Source: an uncultured Gammaproteobacteria bacterium (GTDB lineage: Bacteria; Patescibacteriota; Microgenomatia; UBA10105; UBA927). Taken from it: 64,000 nt of DNA. Location: assembly GCA_964588145.1 (NCBI GenBank), contig CAZPNL010000001.1, positions 11,306-75,305 on the forward strand. The letters are read 5' to 3'. Made by a program: the position numbers and the translations under genes. Within the stretch, counting starts at the first letter, position 1; each line of letters begins with the position of its first letter. Under the pieces are notes generated by a model. The model was not told the DNA's origin. It made no database searches and was given only the letters and a program-made list of their open reading frames with translations. Shown here piece by piece: positions 38,948 to 48,495 of this stretch.

Positions 38948-40583
38948 CACTGCCATGAGGCAATCACAAAATTCTATCCGTCATATAGGAATAGATCTGG
39001 ACAATACGATCATTTTTTATGACGCTGCATTTTGGCGCTATGGGAGGCTACTTTATGACATGCCTAAGGATGTGCCAGTTCAAAAATTAGCTATTCGTAC
39101 TTGGTTTCGTTCTCAGCCACAAGGTGAGGCAAAATGGACTGCCCTACAGGGGTATGTCTATACACAGGGTATATCAGCTGCAAACATAGCCCCTGGCGTC
39201 ATAGAATTTATAAAAGAGGCTCAAAAAAGAAACATACCTGTTTCTATCGTTAGTCATAAGACCATGTATCCTGCTGTTGGGTCACGGATAGATATGCGAC
39301 AGAAAGCAGTTGATTTTTTAGAAACCCAAGGCGTTTTGGAGGTGTTAGGTTCAGTAAGTGCTATATATTTTGCTGATAGTCGGACACAAAAAATTACAAC
39401 GATTAGAGATATTGGGTGTGATGTATTTATAGATGATTTGCCAGAAGTTTATAGCGAAAAGATTTTTCCAGTTTATATAAAAAAAATCCTGTTGTCAGGT
39501 CAGAAGATTTCGCAGGAAGGTGTCTCTGTTTGTGCAGATTGGCAAGAAGTGTATTCTGTAGTGTTTGGTAGCGAGCAAGATATGGCGCACGTTTCTCATA
39601 TATGTGTGCGTCAGTTGTCAGGTTTTTTGTATGCGAGGCCACTTACTCCAAGTTTAAATTGTCGGGTGTATGAAGCTATATGCGAATCTGGATCATATCT
39701 TGTAAAAAGGTATAACACCTATGAGGGTGACAAAAGAAATAGATTACATACTGAATACCAGGCATTAACGTTTTTGAAAAAGTGTGGTGAGCGTTGGGTG
39801 CCGGCTCCAGTAGCGCTTGATGCAGCTAATAATATAGGGATATATGAGTTTTTACATGGGGAAAATTTACGGGAAAAATCTGTAACAAATAAACAAGTTG
39901 ATTTGCTTTTGTCCTTTGTCACGCGACTTCGAGATTATTCAAAAGTTCCTGAGGCAAAAGATTTATCAAGTGCATCTGAAGCAAGTTTCTCCATAAAACA
40001 ATATATAAAGCAGGTGGAGAGGCGAATGAAAATCTTTAAAAACGTGCAAGCTGCTTCTACCTTAGAGGGCGAATTTATTCAGTTTGTTCAGCAAAAGTTG
40101 CAACCGTTGTGGTCTGAAATATTGGTATATGTATATGAAAAATGCAAAGAGCGTCATATTGTGATAGACGCGCAGTTTTCAAAAGAAGATTTATTATTAT
40201 CACCTTCGGATTTTGGGTTTCATAACTGTTTACAGACTAGCGATGGATTGTATTTTATTGATTATGAATATTTTGGTTGGGATGATTCTGTTAAGCTCAT
40301 TGCAGATCTACTTCTTCATCCTGCTATGAAGCTCACAAAGACTCAGAAAAAATTTATTCGATCGACGCTTCTGGCGAAATTTACTACAACAGAGGTGGAA
40401 CAGCGTTTTGACATGGTGTATCTGATGTTGTCGATCAAATGGATTTGTATTATGTTGAATTGTTTTACAAGGATGCATGTTGGTCAAGAGTCAGAAAATA
40501 TGTGTTCGCGTCAACTCAGGCTTGCTCAGTTGCATCTTGCCCGTACAGTGGTAGAATTTCAGAAGCTAGTTCAGGGTGCTTAA
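38940..40583 (+). CDS. HAD-superfamily hydrolase domain fused to APH/choline-kinase-like phosphotransferase domain
   Basis: N-terminal IGIDLDNTIIFYD is a HAD motif I (DxDxT). C-terminal SDFGFHNCL and IDYEYFGWDD match the HxDxxxxN and D-x-E catalytic and Mg-binding motifs of the aminoglycoside/choline kinase family. The start is ambiguous between ATG 38940 and 38955. Confidence 0.5.
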   Translation: MGNTAMRQSQNSIRHIGIDLDNTIIFYDAAFWRYGRLLYDMPKDVPVQKLAIRTWFRSQPQGEAKWTALQGYVYTQGISAANIAPGVIEFIKEAQKRNIPVSIVSHKTMYPAVGSRIDMRQKAVDFLETQGVLEVLGSVSAIYFADSRTQKITTIRDIGCDVFIDDLPEVYSEKIFPVYIKKILLSGQKISQEGVSVCADWQEVYSVVFGSEQDMAHVSHICVRQLSGFLYARPLTPSLNCRVYEAICESGSYLVKRYNTYEGDKRNRLHTEYQALTFLKKCGERWVPAPVALDAANNIGIYEFLHGENLREKSVTNKQVDLLLSFVTRLRDYSKVPEAKDLSSASEASFSIKQYIKQVERRMKIFKNVQAASTLEGEFIQFVQQKLQPLWSEILVYVYEKCKERHIVIDAQFSKEDLLLSPSDFGFHNCLQTSDGLYFIDYEYFGWDDSVKLIADLLLHPAMKLTKTQKKFIRSTLLAKFTTTEVEQRFDMVYLMLSIKWICIMLNCFTRMHVGQESENMCSRQLRLAQLHLARTVVEFQKLVQGA

Positions 40584-40589
40584 AATACA

Positions 40590-41432
40590 ATGAAATATCA
40601 AATAGGTGATGAACATCGGCAGGTATTAGATTCCGTTTCTTTGCAACTGCGTCAGGAAATTTTGCATGTAGTTGATAAATCTCGTCGTGGACACATTGCA
40701 TCTGCTTTTTCGCTCGTTGAGATTATGCGGGTATTGTATACAACAATACTTAATGTAGATCCCAAGAATTCTAAGTGGTCAGCACGTGATAGATTCATTC
40801 TCAGCAAAGGACATGGCTGTTTAGCCCAATATATCATGCTTGCAGAGCGTGGATTTATAACTCGCGAGCAACTCTATAATTTTTGTATGTTTGATTCAAT
40901 TTTGGGAGGGCATCCGGATGCTCGTAAAATTCCAGGTGTTGAGGCCAGTACGGGGGCTTTGGCACACGGTTTATCTATAGGTATGGGGTATGCTCTGTCT
41001 GCACGCATGGATGAGCGTGCATTTCGCACTTTTGTCATCATAAGTGATGGCGAATGCCACGAGGGTTCCACTTGGGAGGCTGCTTTATCGATCGCTAAAT
41101 ATAATCTAACAAATATTATTACGATCATGGACTACAATAAAATGCATAGTTATGGACAGGGGAGTCAAATTCTCAATATCGAGCCGCTTACAGATAAATG
41201 GAATAGTTTTGGTTTTGGCGTTACAGAAGTCAATGGTCATAGTGTAAAAGATTTAGAGAAGGCGTTTCGAAAAGCATTGGTTCGAAGAGATAAGCCGCAA
41301 ATTATTATTGCGCATACTGTAAAAGGGAAGGGTGTACACGGGGTAGAGGATAATCCAAAATGGCATCATAAAGCGAAAATTAGTGATGAAGAGATGAAGT
41401 TATTGGTTGAAGGCTTGGAGATTAGGTTATAG
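40590..41432 (+). CDS. transketolase, N-terminal (ThDP-binding) subunit (second copy)
   Basis: HIASAFSLVEIM ... ILSKGHGCLAQY ... GALAHGLSIGMGYAL ... ISDGECHEGSTWE. Confidence 0.75.
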   Translation: MKYQIGDEHRQVLDSVSLQLRQEILHVVDKSRRGHIASAFSLVEIMRVLYTTILNVDPKNSKWSARDRFILSKGHGCLAQYIMLAERGFITREQLYNFCMFDSILGGHPDARKIPGVEASTGALAHGLSIGMGYALSARMDERAFRTFVIISDGECHEGSTWEAALSIAKYNLTNIITIMDYNKMHSYGQGSQILNIEPLTDKWNSFGFGVTEVNGHSVKDLEKAFRKALVRRDKPQIIIAHTVKGKGVHGVEDNPKWHHKAKISDEEMKLLVEGLEIRL

Positions 41433-41532
41433 CCTGGTGGGCTGTAGCTCGTAGCCTGTAGGAAGATAGCCAGTAGCCAGTAAGAAAGTAGCCATTAGGA
41501 AGGTAGCTGGTTAGCATGTAGCGGGTAGCTGG
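41430..41532. repeat. degenerate 7-8-bp tandem repeat (TAGCNNG / TARGAAGN units, ~13 units, ~22-bp higher-order period) in the spacer between transketolase N and C subunit genes
   Basis: Read directly: tagcctgg tgggctg tagctcg tagcctg taggaaga tagccag tagccag taagaaag tagccat taggaagg tagctggt tagcatg tagcggg tagctgg. It begins at the TK-N stop codon. TAG recurs in all three plus-strand frames. Confidence 0.6.
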
Positions 41533-41664
41533 TGAAGGGCGAAGCGGAAGTAAACATTACTATATTTGAATGAGGCAGTAGGATTCTACTTATAAAGTGA
41601 TTTTACATATTTAAAGTTGGATTGAAAGTTTGCATTTTAATAGTTGCATGTTGCATTTCTAATT

Positions 41665-42642
41665 ATGCGTAAAACAGTACTGACTGAAACTTATAAATTA
41701 GCAAAAAAAGATAAACGTGTGGTGTTTGTTGGCTCAGACTTGGGAGCAGGGACACTTGACGAGTTTAAAAAAGAAATGCCTGAGCGGTTTTTTATGGAAG
41801 GCGTGTCCGAACAACACATCATTGGACAAATGGCTGGTATGGCTACCAATGGAAAAATTCCATTCTTTAATACCATCGCTGTTTTTTTGACACGTCGATG
41901 TCTCGAGCAAATTATTATTGATGTGGCTTTGCCAAATTTGCCTGTGCGACTTCTGGGAAGTGGTGGAGGACTTGTCTATGCACCGCTTGGGCCTACACAT
42001 CTAGCTATCGATGATATTTCCATAATGCGAGGGATACCAAATATGACCATACTGGTGCCTGCTGATGCTACGGAGATGGAACGGCTAATGCCACAAACAC
42101 TTGAGCATCGTGGACCAATTTATATTCGTATAGCTAAAGGGGGAGACCCAGTGGTAACCCCACCTGATATGCCTTGTATTATCGGGAGAGGAATGCCTAT
42201 GAAAAAAGGCGAAGATGTATTACTCATTAGTACAGGGACTACATTACAATTGGCGATTGAGGCAGCCTCAATATTAAAACTAGATAGTATCGATGCGGCA
42301 GTGCTCCATATGCCAACTATAAAACCTTTTGATCGAGAGCTTGTGGTAGATATGGCTGCCAAGGTGCGAGGGATTGTTACAATTGAAGAGGCATTTGTCC
42401 ATGGAGGATTAGGTTCTGTCGTAAGTGAAGTTGTGGCTGATGCGCGGTATAGTAAGCCAAAGCCAATACTGCGGATAGGGATTCCTGATGTATTCCCTGA
42501 TAAATATGGTTCGCAATCTCAACTTTTGGCATACTACGGCATAACGACAGAGAGAGTTGTTGATGCAGCCAAGAGACTTATAGGTAATGAAACGACTATG
42601 ATTGCGCGATCAAACGTAAGAAAAAAACCCATAAAGCGTTAA
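41665..42642 (+). CDS. transketolase, C-terminal subunit (second copy)
   Basis: MRKTVLTETYKLAKKDKRVVFVGSDLG aligns with the N-terminus of 23108..24040. ATG 41665 is preferred over the TTG 41644 track start. Confidence 0.7.
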   Translation: MRKTVLTETYKLAKKDKRVVFVGSDLGAGTLDEFKKEMPERFFMEGVSEQHIIGQMAGMATNGKIPFFNTIAVFLTRRCLEQIIIDVALPNLPVRLLGSGGGLVYAPLGPTHLAIDDISIMRGIPNMTILVPADATEMERLMPQTLEHRGPIYIRIAKGGDPVVTPPDMPCIIGRGMPMKKGEDVLLISTGTTLQLAIEAASILKLDSIDAAVLHMPTIKPFDRELVVDMAAKVRGIVTIEEAFVHGGLGSVVSEVVADARYSKPKPILRIGIPDVFPDKYGSQSQLLAYYGITTERVVDAAKRLIGNETTMIARSNVRKKPIKR

Positions 42643-42661
42643 TTTTTAAAGGAGGAACCAG

Positions 42662-43324
42662 ATGAATCAATTGCTCAATATTATTACGCCGCTTCACAAA
42701 AAGACCAAGCGTGACTACGTAGGTCGGATGATGAATGAAAAAGTTGCGTGTATGGAGAAAGCGCTTGAGTTTGAATTTGACTATTGGGATGGAGATCGTA
42801 AATACGGATTTGGGGGATACAAATATGATGGTCGGTGGAAGACGGTTGCCGAACAACTCATCGAGCTGTATAAGTTGCCAAAAAATGCCAAAATACTTGA
42901 TGTAGGCTGTGGGAAGGCGCATTTGATGTACGAGTTTAATAAATTGCTTCCAAAAGCTGAGCTCGTCGGATTTGATCCGTCTAAACATGCTTTGAAAACA
43001 GCACCTGAGGAGGTTAAGCCGTATATATTTGAGTATAAAGCGCAAGATCAATATCCATGGGGAGATCATTATTTTGATTTAGTAGTATCTCTTAACTCTC
43101 TCCATAATCTGCGAATTCATGAATTGGCAAGCGCACTAGGGGAAATTGAGCGGGTTGGAAAGAATAAGTATATTGTAGTTGAAGGCTATAGAAATTCTGA
43201 GGAGCTATTTAATCTGGAGTGTTGGGCACTAACTGCCAAAGCATTTTTTGATCCAGCTCAGTGGATCTGGATCTATAGACACTTTGGGTATACTGGGGAT
43301 TATGAGTTTATTTATTTTGAGTAA
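42662..43324 (+). CDS. class I SAM-dependent methyltransferase
   Basis: ILDVGCGKAHLMYEF motif I. DLVVSLNSLHNL. Confidence 0.6.
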   Translation: MNQLLNIITPLHKKTKRDYVGRMMNEKVACMEKALEFEFDYWDGDRKYGFGGYKYDGRWKTVAEQLIELYKLPKNAKILDVGCGKAHLMYEFNKLLPKAELVGFDPSKHALKTAPEEVKPYIFEYKAQDQYPWGDHYFDLVVSLNSLHNLRIHELASALGEIERVGKNKYIVVEGYRNSEELFNLECWALTAKAFFDPAQWIWIYRHFGYTGDYEFIYFE

Positions 43325-43332
43325 GAGATATT

Positions 43333-43363
43333 GTTCTTTCTTTGGTCACTCAAAAGAAAGAAC
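43333..43363. promoter_or_regulatory. perfect 11-bp inverted repeat (gttctttcttt / aaagaaagaac) with 9-nt loop
   Basis: gttctttctttGGTCACTCAaaagaaagaac sits 9 nt after the methyltransferase stop. No flanking U-tract on either strand. Confidence 0.4.
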
Positions 43364-43426
43364 CAAAGAAAAAGTGCCCGTGAAAGATTTTTGGATTTTC
43401 TAACTTCGGGTAATCGGGTGGACCCT

Positions 43427-43448
43427 CCCCGATACAATCGGGGTTTCC
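43427..43448 (+). terminator. GC-rich hairpin (ccccgat-aca-atcgggg) followed by TTTCC; candidate intrinsic terminator or structured RNA element
   Basis: 7-bp stem and 3-nt loop, then tttcc. Lies within a locally GC-rich 193-bp intergenic region upstream of the ADH gene. Confidence 0.35.
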
Positions 43449-43517
43449 ACACCTTTACCGCTCAGTAAGAAAATCTACAAAAAATCTTTCAAAGGGAAAG
43501 AGAAACGGAGTTTATGT

Positions 43518-44564
43518 ATGAAATTACCTATTAAAACAAAAGCAGCAATATTAGTCGAAAATCATGCACCGTTAGTCGTGGATGCTATTGAGCTTCCTAA
43601 GGAGCTACATTTTGGGCAAGTGATGGTACAAATTGCGTACAGTGGTATATGCGGAGCGCAGATAAATGAGATTGAAGCAGCAAAAGGGGCTGATAAGTAT
43701 TTGCCACATCTGTTGGGTCATGAAGCAAGTGGAGAAGTGCTGGCTATTGGTGAAGGAGTGACGAGTGTACAGCCTGGAAATAGTGTCGTACTGCACTGGC
43801 GACCAGGCAAAGGATATCAAGTGCCACCTGCAAAGTATGTGTGGGGTAAGCAAATTGTAAATGCGGGATGGGTAACGACGTTTCAACAATATACAGTAGT
43901 CAGTGAAAATCGGGTTACTCCAGTTCCTGCAAGTTTTGACAAAAAAATTGCACCTCTATTTGGGTGTGCGGTCACAACTGCGATGGGAGTTATCAATAAT
44001 GACGCGCAGGTCAAGATTGGGCAGTCAGTAGTAGTGATTGGTACTGGAGGAGTGGGGTTAAATATTGTACAGGCTGCACATTTAGTTTCTGCGTACCCTA
44101 TCATTGCAGTAGATATTGTGGACTGGAAACTAGAAGCTGGTAAAAAATTTGGAGCTTCACATGTAGTTAATTCTAAAAAGGATTCGTGGGTAGGGGATAT
44201 TAAAGAAATAGTAGGCAAAAGTGGGGCTGATGTGGTTATTGATACCACTGGAAATGGACGTATCATTGAAAAAGCATATGAGCTTACCCATGCAGATGGT
44301 AGAACGATATTGGTTGGTGTTCCCCGTAAGGGTGACAATGTGAGTATATATACGTTGCCTTTACACTTTAAAAAGGTTCTCAAAGGCTCACACGGGGGTT
44401 CTAGTGATCCTGCAGTAGAAATACCACGGTATATAAAACTTATTGAATCACACAGGCTTTCTCTTGACGGATTGATAACACACGAATTTCCATTGGAAAA
44501 AATAAATGATGCTATAGTTGCGCTTAAAGGTGGACAAACAGGAAGAATAGTATTGAAGATGTAG
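43518..44564 (+). CDS. zinc-dependent medium-chain alcohol/polyol dehydrogenase (MDR family)
   Basis: GICGAQINEIEAAKG and GHEASGEV (GHE zinc-ligand motif). A Rossmann motif VVIGTGGVGL mid-protein. GGAG SD 7 nt upstream. Confidence 0.7.
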   Translation: MKLPIKTKAAILVENHAPLVVDAIELPKELHFGQVMVQIAYSGICGAQINEIEAAKGADKYLPHLLGHEASGEVLAIGEGVTSVQPGNSVVLHWRPGKGYQVPPAKYVWGKQIVNAGWVTTFQQYTVVSENRVTPVPASFDKKIAPLFGCAVTTAMGVINNDAQVKIGQSVVVIGTGGVGLNIVQAAHLVSAYPIIAVDIVDWKLEAGKKFGASHVVNSKKDSWVGDIKEIVGKSGADVVIDTTGNGRIIEKAYELTHADGRTILVGVPRKGDNVSIYTLPLHFKKVLKGSHGGSSDPAVEIPRYIKLIESHRLSLDGLITHEFPLEKINDAIVALKGGQTGRIVLKM

Positions 44565-44602
44565 GGAAAGAATTTAATTATTTATTTTTAAGAAAGGTAT
44601 AT

Positions 44603-45277
44603 ATGAAAAAAAAACTTGTACAGCATGCGGTGTATGAAGAAGGAATTGAATACCAATTTGTGGAGCCTGTAAAGCTTGGTCCAATTATTTCGTACGGGTT
44701 ACAGCATGATCCTATTCATATGTCCTTTGTGCTCTCTCGGTATAAGTTTGTGGCACGAATGCTTGCTGGTAAAAAAAGAGCGCTTGAGATAGGATGTGCG
44801 GATGGATTTGGTACTCCAATTGTTGCTCAACATGTTGATGCACTAGTAGCAATAGATATCGATGATAGGCTTATACAGTCAGACCACGAACGCTTGACGT
44901 TTCTCAAAAATGTGACGTTTCAAACGATGGAATTTGGTAAAGAGTTGCCAAGGGGAAAGTTTGATGCAGCTTATTGTGTCGATGTATTCGAGCATTTAGA
45001 TCCTCCTATCGTCAAAGGATTTTTGGATGGTGTGGCAAAAGTACTTAGTCCTCAGGGAATATTTTTATTGGGAACGCCAAATGTTACTTCTGCTCCGTAT
45101 GCAAGCCCACAGAGCGCTGTGCAACATATAAACTTGCAAAGTCATAAAACACTTCGTGAGAATTTAGAAAAATATTTTCATAATGTTTTTATATTTTCTA
45201 TGAATGATGAAGTGGTTCATACTGGGTATTTTCCGATGGCACATTATCTATGGGGAATGGGAGTAGGGGTGAGATAG
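44603..45277 (+). CDS. class I SAM-dependent methyltransferase (paralog of 27901..28587)
   Basis: ALEIGCADGFGTPIVAQH. The C-terminus FSMNDEVVHTGYFPMAHYLWGMG. Confidence 0.65.
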   Translation: MKKKLVQHAVYEEGIEYQFVEPVKLGPIISYGLQHDPIHMSFVLSRYKFVARMLAGKKRALEIGCADGFGTPIVAQHVDALVAIDIDDRLIQSDHERLTFLKNVTFQTMEFGKELPRGKFDAAYCVDVFEHLDPPIVKGFLDGVAKVLSPQGIFLLGTPNVTSAPYASPQSAVQHINLQSHKTLRENLEKYFHNVFIFSMNDEVVHTGYFPMAHYLWGMGVGVR

Positions 45278-45395
45278 GTATTTCAGAGAATAGAGTATTT
45301 TGATTTGATTACCCACTTTTGAACCAATATATAGTTTTGTAATTTTTAGGATACTAGTATTAGAAATGTTGAGTTAATTTAGAGAAAGTAGACGC

Positions 45396-46304
45396 ATGAA
45401 AGTACTAATTACTGGAGGAGCAGGGTATATAGGGAGTTGGCTTGCTCATGAGTTGATAAAGCTGAGATATGACGTAGTCCTTATAGACAAATTTCATCGA
45501 GTGTCTCCGTCTCATCCTTGGTTGGTTAATAATCAGCGGTCAGTAACAGTCATACAGGCAGATCTACAAACATTGTCTGAAAATGATTTAGAGCATTTGC
45601 ACGGAGCCTCCTGGATATTTCATTGTGCTGGGCGAGGGAAGATTCCCCAGTCCTATGTTGATCCAGTGGGATATCATACTACCAATCTGACAGGAACTAT
45701 AGCAGCACTTGAGCTGGCAAGGATTTTGGGTATTCAGAGATTTATCTACCCTATGACAAGCGCTGGATTTTATACTCCTAAGAAAATTCCTATTGATGAA
45801 TCGGAGTCTATAGATTGTCCAGCGCCGTATACGCTTACAAAATATTTAGGCGAGCAGGCTGTGCTCCATTGGGCAAAAGTGTACGGTCTTGGGGGAGTTT
45901 CACTTCGACTTTTTCATGTGTATGGGCCGCCCTCGCCACTGGGTGTGGTTGCATATTCTCGGGTGTCTGCAGCATTACTGGCGAAAAAAAATAATACCCC
46001 GTTTGTGATTGACGGTGATGGTACATATACACAAGACCTTATTCATGTTCAAGACGTATGTCGAGCATTCATCAAAGCTGCGCAATCTACCGTGATTGGA
46101 GAAGTATTTCATATAGCAACGGGAGTGGAAACTAGTATTAATACTTTAGCGACATTGATAGGTGTTCAAACAGTTACAAATGGTGCTGTATATAAAAGTC
46201 CGTATCGGGGAGTTGCAAATATAAATAAAGCGAAAAAAGTATTAAAATGGAGACCGCTTATATCTTTGGCTTCTGGAATAAGTGAGCTGATGCAACTCAA
46301 TTGA
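45396..46304 (+). CDS. NAD-dependent epimerase/dehydratase (extended SDR)
   Basis: MKVLITGGAGYIGSWLAHEL and YTLTKYLGEQ (YxxxK). Confidence 0.7.
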   Translation: MKVLITGGAGYIGSWLAHELIKLRYDVVLIDKFHRVSPSHPWLVNNQRSVTVIQADLQTLSENDLEHLHGASWIFHCAGRGKIPQSYVDPVGYHTTNLTGTIAALELARILGIQRFIYPMTSAGFYTPKKIPIDESESIDCPAPYTLTKYLGEQAVLHWAKVYGLGGVSLRLFHVYGPPSPLGVVAYSRVSAALLAKKNNTPFVIDGDGTYTQDLIHVQDVCRAFIKAAQSTVIGEVFHIATGVETSINTLATLIGVQTVTNGAVYKSPYRGVANINKAKKVLKWRPLISLASGISELMQLN

Positions 46305-46707
46305 GATTGGGGATGACTTCCAGTGGTACGACATAATTTGAATTAATTCGAAGTTGTGTTTGTCCACTGTATCCGCTTGCCATACGTATGGTGTAGGCTC
46401 CTGTATTGACACGAAACTGAGCAGATCCTGAGCTATCGAGATATTGTCGTAGAAAAATTCTACTCCCATCTAAAACCACTTCTACGGAGCCTGATGTAAT
46501 GGGTTCTTGCGTTTTAATGTTTTTTACATTTACCGTGAGCGTATGTGGTGGCAATTGCAGCGAGCGACCGCGTGGCGAAGATACCAATAGTGCTGCGACA
46601 ACAAGGAGTGTTGTCGTTAGTACACTCAGTGTCATCACAACTGGTGTGCGATATTTTTGTATAAAATTATTTGAGGTATTGGGCAGGTTCATACCTATAC
46701 TTAGCAT
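46297..46707 (-). CDS. small signal-anchored/secreted protein with beta-sandwich-like domain
   Basis: 136 aa. An N-terminal hydrophobic segment VVMTLSVLTTTLLVVAALLVS, then alternating beta-strand-like sequence. Convergent with the epimerase, 8-bp overlap. Confidence 0.4.
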   Translation of the reverse strand: MLSIGMNLPNTSNNFIQKYRTPVVMTLSVLTTTLLVVAALLVSSPRGRSLQLPPHTLTVNVKNIKTQEPITSGSVEVVLDGSRIFLRQYLDSSGSAQFRVNTGAYTIRMASGYSGQTQLRINSNYVVPLEVIPNLN

Positions 46708-46765
46708 ATACTGCAGAGCGGTATTTAGGCAATGCAGTGAACAAAAATTGACTTAAGCTTTGATA

Positions 46766-48475
46766 TTAAAATTTCCAACTGCCTGTTCCTTTGGGGATAG
46801 GGCTATCCCAATACTTTCGTACGCATGTGCCTTCACCTGCCCACCATTCGTCTCTCCTGGGAAATGCACCTAGTGAGTTGTCAAAAACCCATGCCAATGG
46901 GACATCACCTACCTTTACTGTATATGCAGGTTTTCGTCTTAAAAAATACTCCCAAATAAATAGATATCTGTAGAAAAATGATTGTCTATTGAGTATTACT
47001 ACATAGTCAGAATTATCATAGCTAACGCTATTCATATTCTTTAGTAGGTCTGAGCGTAAGTATTTGCCTGCAGTATCTGGGGTCATGACAACATAGACGT
47101 GTGCATTTGGTTTTGCATGTTCATTGAGCCAATCCATAGCTTGTTTGTTTGATACCCCCCAGTAATCAAGATCAAATTTGCCCATGGCACCAGCTCGGCC
47201 ACCAGTAAGCTCATTAAAATAGGTTAATTGATATGGATGAGATGTTGCTATTTCAGCACTTAAATAAATACATATAATAAAACTTGTGAATAGTACAATG
47301 CGGTGTTTTAATTTTGTCGAAATTTTTGGAATTTTATACACTATTCTTACAAGTGCTCCAGCACCTATGCCTGCTATCGCCATGAGTGGAAATACTACTT
47401 CTTCAAAATGACGAATGCCATCGATAACGCCTATTTTGGGTGAAACATATTTGAGAAGCGGTATGAGAAACCAGAGAAAAAAAAGTGACATGACGGGAAC
47501 TTTACGTATGTTTCTTAATCCAACAAAGATGCCGATGATGACCGAAATAAGTACAGGTAGTGGTGTTACTATGGCAAGATATCCAAACGGATAGTGCCAC
47601 GGAGTATTTACAGCAGAGCAAAACCATTGACCAAAGTAGAGAACTTCAATGTTTTGTGTATTATCTTTAAAAAAATCTAATAAATAGGTAAATTCGCCTA
47701 TGGGATCAGACCAAAAAAAACTCCATATAGCAAAGGAAAAGCCTGCTGATAAGAGTGGGTAGAGGATGAAAAGCATAAAGTCTTTATGAGTGAATTTGTG
47801 TATGGGGTGTGCGAGTTTCTTGCGAAGCGAGGTAAGGAATGTAAAAGCAAGCCATATACCAGCTATGGGTGGAATAAGAAGAGCGTTTACTTTAAAGTTA
47901 AATGTAATAGCAAAAAATAATCCGGCAAGGAGTATATCGTTGAATTTTCGGTAGTTTGCGCCTCTCCAGAGCAACCATATAGCTATAGCGTACATGACTG
48001 CTGTGGGTATGTCCTTCACGTTGGTATGCATGTCGCCCCAATATCTGGGATAAAGTGCGAGAAAGGTGCTTCCCGCTACTGCTTCAGAAAAGCCTATGGC
48101 TTGCTTTAAAAAAAGAAATAATACGAGTACTCCAAATGACCCAATGATAACAGTAGGTAGACTAAATGCGGCATCAAAGGGTAATAGTTTTAGTAGTTCA
48201 TAAAAAAGTACATAAGATGCTGCTGGAAGCGTGGTTTGTAATGGGCCAAAGGGTGTATAGATCATGCGTCTTGGATCTGGCTCTATGAATTTGAGATCAT
48301 CAACCATATCATTGGTTACAGGGCGCCCAAGGTGATTGATTCCTGCAAAAAAGACATGGTGATAATCCCAATTGATGGTGTAATGGGTGAGAATACCCAT
48401 ATGAATACAGAAAAAAATAAGGAAGATGATGATGAGGGCGGGGTTTAGACTTTTGATACGTGGTAGGAATTTCAT
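46766..48475 (-). CDS. polytopic membrane GT-C-like protein with DYWG motif after last TM (possible STT3/PglB/AglB-like or PMT-like)
   Basis: 569 aa with many TM helices. First loop HYTINWDYHHVFFAGINH. FDLDYWGVSNKQAMDWL sits immediately after the last TM, the position of the WWDYG motif in oligosaccharyltransferases. The assignment is weak. Confidence 0.4.
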   Translation of the reverse strand: MKFLPRIKSLNPALIIIFLIFFCIHMGILTHYTINWDYHHVFFAGINHLGRPVTNDMVDDLKFIEPDPRRMIYTPFGPLQTTLPAASYVLFYELLKLLPFDAAFSLPTVIIGSFGVLVLFLFLKQAIGFSEAVAGSTFLALYPRYWGDMHTNVKDIPTAVMYAIAIWLLWRGANYRKFNDILLAGLFFAITFNFKVNALLIPPIAGIWLAFTFLTSLRKKLAHPIHKFTHKDFMLFILYPLLSAGFSFAIWSFFWSDPIGEFTYLLDFFKDNTQNIEVLYFGQWFCSAVNTPWHYPFGYLAIVTPLPVLISVIIGIFVGLRNIRKVPVMSLFFLWFLIPLLKYVSPKIGVIDGIRHFEEVVFPLMAIAGIGAGALVRIVYKIPKISTKLKHRIVLFTSFIICIYLSAEIATSHPYQLTYFNELTGGRAGAMGKFDLDYWGVSNKQAMDWLNEHAKPNAHVYVVMTPDTAGKYLRSDLLKNMNSVSYDNSDYVVILNRQSFFYRYLFIWEYFLRRKPAYTVKVGDVPLAWVFDNSLGAFPRRDEWWAGEGTCVRKYWDSPIPKGTGSWKF

Positions 48476-48495
48476 GAATGAGTATAATATAGCAT

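Noticed and set aside
41430-41532. Possible CRISPR array
   Set aside because: The repeat units are only 7-8 bp and directly abutting, with no spacers. There are no cas genes. This is a microsatellite-like tandem repeat.
43380-43450. Possible tRNA or other small structured RNA gene in the GC-rich intergenic region
   Set aside because: No cloverleaf arms or T-loop consensus (GTTCRANYC) could be found by eye. Retained only as an unclassified structured element.
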